64,000 bases of DNA. Origin: a candidate division FCPU426 bacterium (GTDB lineage: Bacteria; Oederibacteriota; Muellerivitia; Muellerivitales; Muellerivitaceae). Position 1 is the first letter of the stretch; each line of letters starts with the position of its first letter. Where the stretch lies: assembly GCA_963771075.1 (NCBI GenBank), contig CAVYSE010000018.1, positions 192,001 through 256,000 of the forward strand. The letters are read 5' to 3'. Positions 61,393 to 64,000 of this stretch are shown in pieces. The position numbers and the translations under genes are program-made. The notes under the pieces were generated by a model that was not told the DNA's origin, did no database searches, and worked only from the letters and a program-made list of their open reading frames with translations.

Positions 61393-64000
61393 ATGCGAAT
61401 CGTTTTAAGACCCTTGCCCTCTATATATTATTTCGCCCTTGCCTTGACCTTCCTGGCTCCCGGCGCTTTCGCCTCGACCGTTGCCGGCCACATCAAAACC
61501 GATAACTTCGGATACCGGACGACCGACTCGAAGATCGCTTATTTCACGGAAAACCCCGGTTCGGCGGTTAGCCTGGTGAATGCCAGCTCCGGCACGGCGG
61601 TTTATGGCGTCCCGGCGGCGGATATCATCAGCAAGGGGACGGACCCCACCTCGATCACCGGCGACACGGTTTGGTGGGTCGATTTCTCCGCCTACACCAC
61701 GCCTGGAAGCTATTACGTCCTTTCGACCAGCTTGAACGAGCAGTCCTACACGTTCCAGATCAACGACTGTATCTACCAGGCGCCTATGACCGCCACCCTG
61801 AAGGCCCTCTACTACCAGCGTTGCGGATGCGCCCATCCCGCCCAATACGCGGGAGCCAATTGGTCCGACAGCGGCGTCTGCCACTCGCAGGACGCGGCTT
61901 GCGGGCCCGCCTCCGGATGCACCTTTCCAAACACCTACGGCACCTTGAACCTGGAGGGCGGTTGGCACGACGCGGGGGACTTCAATAAATATATCGGCTC
62001 CACGCCCACCGGCGCCTGCGCCAATTGGGGCGGGGACTCCGGGGAAGCCCTCCACGACCTGCTGACGGCCTATGAGTGGAACCCCGCCCTTTTCCAGGGC
62101 CTCTCCTCCAACATTCCCGAGTCGGGGAATGGGGTCGCGGACATCCTCAACGAGGCCATGTGGGAACTGACTTGGTACCAGAAGATGCAGATGACGGATT
62201 ACCATGTTTTGTCGGTGGTGCATGCCACGGGCGGGGGAGGCCAGTCGCCGCCCAGCACGGACACCCAAACCCGCTATTACTACCCGCCCAACCCGGCGGG
62301 GGAGGCCCAGTTCGTGGCCATCATGTCCCACGCCGCGAGGGTTTTATCGGGGGTCCCGGGTCTTGCCAGCGCCGCGGTGTCGTTTAAGACCGCGGCGGAA
62401 AACACCTGGAACGCCTTCGTGTCCTCGGCCCCGGTGACCAACCAGCAGTTCTGGGCCGCCGCCGAGATCTTCCGCATGGAGGAGGCCCTGGGCGGGTCGG
62501 CCGCGATCGAGAGCAAAGCCCAATCCATCGTGGACAACTACCAGAACTGGAACGGATTTTGGCTCAACGAGGACCTGTTCCAACAGAACTGGGGCATGCT
62601 GGCCTATATGCAGGCCACGAACGCCACCGCCTCGGTGGTGGCCAACATGAAGGCGGATTGGGGCAACCTGGTCGCCAACATCTTTTCGGTAAACGATATT
62701 TACAACTCGGGAATGAACACTTACGACTATTTCTGGGGAGCCGATGAGGTAAAGATGAATTACGCCCTGGAGCTGTTATGGGCGGCCAAACTGAACATGA
62801 CCGGGAGTTCCAGCGCGGTCACGTGCCAGCAGCAAGCCGAGAATTTCCTCCATTACATGAATGGGGCCAACCCCCTGAACATGACCTTGATGACCAACTC
62901 CAACGCCATCGGCGCTTCCCACGGCGTCTGGCGCATTTACCACCAATGGTTCGGGAATTACAATCCCGTCAACGGCCCCGGCACCTATTCCTACGACAAT
63001 TTCATCGGCAAACCCGTGTCGGTCCTGGATCCCCTCTATCCCTATTTTTCAGGGGTGGACGCCTGGGGCGTGAGTGACAGCGGACCCTCTTCCTTCGGAC
63101 CCCCGCCGGGTATCGTTCCGGATGGGCCGAGCCATGGTTACGTGGATTCCAATGGAAAGGCCCAGCCGCCCCTCTTGTCGGGCGGAGGGGCGCCGCCCTA
63201 TGAGAAGGATTACCGGGATTGGGATTTTGTCGACAGCTCCGGGGTTTCTACCATTCCTTGGGTCGTGAACGAAACGGGGCTTTATTACACCGCCTCCTAC
63301 ATGATCGTAGCTTCGGCCTTCACCAATGCCTGCGCCACCGGGGCGACATCCACCCCCACCCGGACCGCTACCCTCACCCCCACGAGGACGGCCACAGGCA
63401 CCGCTTCCCCAACCGCAACCTTGACCCTTTCGCCCACCCGTTCGATAACCCCTACGGCGACTTCCACGGTCACGGCGACCCTGACCCCCACGGGTTCATT
63501 AACACCTACCATCACCTTGACCACCACGCCCACCCGGTCGATGACGCCGACGCCAACCCGCACCTTCACCTCCACCCCCTCCACCACGGGTACCGCAACC
63601 TTGACCGTCACCTTAAGCGCTTCGCCCACCCGTTCGATGACCCCCACGGCGACTTTCTCGGCCACGGCGACCTCGACCACCACGGGTTCCCCAACATCGA
63701 CCGCCACCTCGACCCTTACCCCCACCCACACGGCGACACCCCCTTCGTCACCTACCCTTACGGCGACTTCGACCACCACCGGGTCGGCCACCTCTACCCC
63801 CACCTCGACCTTGACGGGTACCGCGACCTCGACCGTCACCTTAAGCCATTCGCCCACCCGGTCGATGACCCCCACAGCGACTTTTACGGTCACGGCGACC
63901 CCGACCGCCACGGGTTCCTCAACATCGACCGTTATCTCGACCCTTACCCCCACCCGCACGACGACACCCACTTCGTCACCTACCCTAACGGCGACCGCGA
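61393..64000 (+). CDS. Glycoside hydrolase family 9 with N-terminal Ig domain and Thr/Pro linker, 3' partial
   Basis: Manual translation: signal peptide, [38 protein letters not shown] linker from ~63340. Confidence 0.88.
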   Translation, partial: MRIVLRPLPSIYYFALALTFLAPGAFASTVAGHIKTDNFGYRTTDSKIAYFTENPGSAVSLVNASSGTAVYGVPAADIISKGTDPTSITGDTVWWVDFSAYTTPGSYYVLSTSLNEQSYTFQINDCIYQAPMTATLKALYYQRCGCAHPAQYAGANWSDSGVCHSQDAACGPASGCTFPNTYGTLNLEGGWHDAGDFNKYIGSTPTGACANWGGDSGEALHDLLTAYEWNPALFQGLSSNIPESGNGVADILNEAMWELTWYQKMQMTDYHVLSVVHATGGGGQSPPSTDTQTRYYYPPNPAGEAQFVAIMSHAARVLSGVPGLASAAVSFKTAAENTWNAFVSSAPVTNQQFWAAAEIFRMEEALGGSAAIESKAQSIVDNYQNWNGFWLNEDLFQQNWGMLAYMQATNATASVVANMKADWGNLVANIFSVNDIYNSGMNTYDYFWGADEVKMNYALELLWAAKLNMTGSSSAVTCQQQAENFLHYMNGANPLNMTLMTNSNAIGASHGVWRIYHQWFGNYNPVNGPGTYSYDNFIGKPVSVLDPLYPYFSGVDAWGVSDSGPSSFGPPPGIVPDGPSHGYVDSNGKAQPPLLSGGGAPPYEKDYRDWDFVDSSGVSTIPWVVNETGLYYTASYMIVASAFTNACATGATSTPTRTATLTPTRTATGTASPTATLTLSPTRSITPTATSTVTATLTPTGSLTPTITLTTTPTRSMTPTPTRTFTSTPSTTGTATLTVTLSASPTRSMTPTATFSATATSTTTGSPTSTATSTLTPTHTATPPSSPTLTATSTTTGSATSTPTSTLTGTATSTVTLSHSPTRSMTPTATFTVTATPTATGSSTSTVISTLTPTRTTTPTSSPTLTATA

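Overview
Bacterial chromosomal window. The GC-rich backbone (~1-25.2 kb and ~48.7-64 kb) is interrupted by a mostly AT-richer accessory island (~25.2-48.7 kb) that starts at a tRNA-Glu(CTC) gene. The backbone carries many secreted proteins built as N-terminal domain + long Thr/Pro linker + conserved FlgD/T9SS-like C-terminal domain (CTD). One is in an apparent operon with a PorV-like barrel-TPR gene (frameshifted in a G6 run), a histidine kinase and a response regulator. The backbone also has an M16 peptidase pair, otsB, a quinone reductase, two GT-C glycosyltransferases, gltA and a GH9 gene that runs off the right end. This gene style suggests a diderm candidate-phylum organism such as FCPU426 or a relative (inference only). 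The island holds tandem copies of the tRNA 3' end, an excisionase remnant, an MNT-HEPN pair, a HUH/RAYT-like transposase with 26-bp GGGGTCAG inverted repeats, a nuclease/NDT-like/DUF2971 cluster, an IS21 element, a membrane PIN protein beside a type IIG R-M enzyme, Spy, a PIN toxin, Fic, a helicase remnant, a membrane ParB-like protein with internal repeats and a MITE. All product calls come from motif recognition, without database searches.
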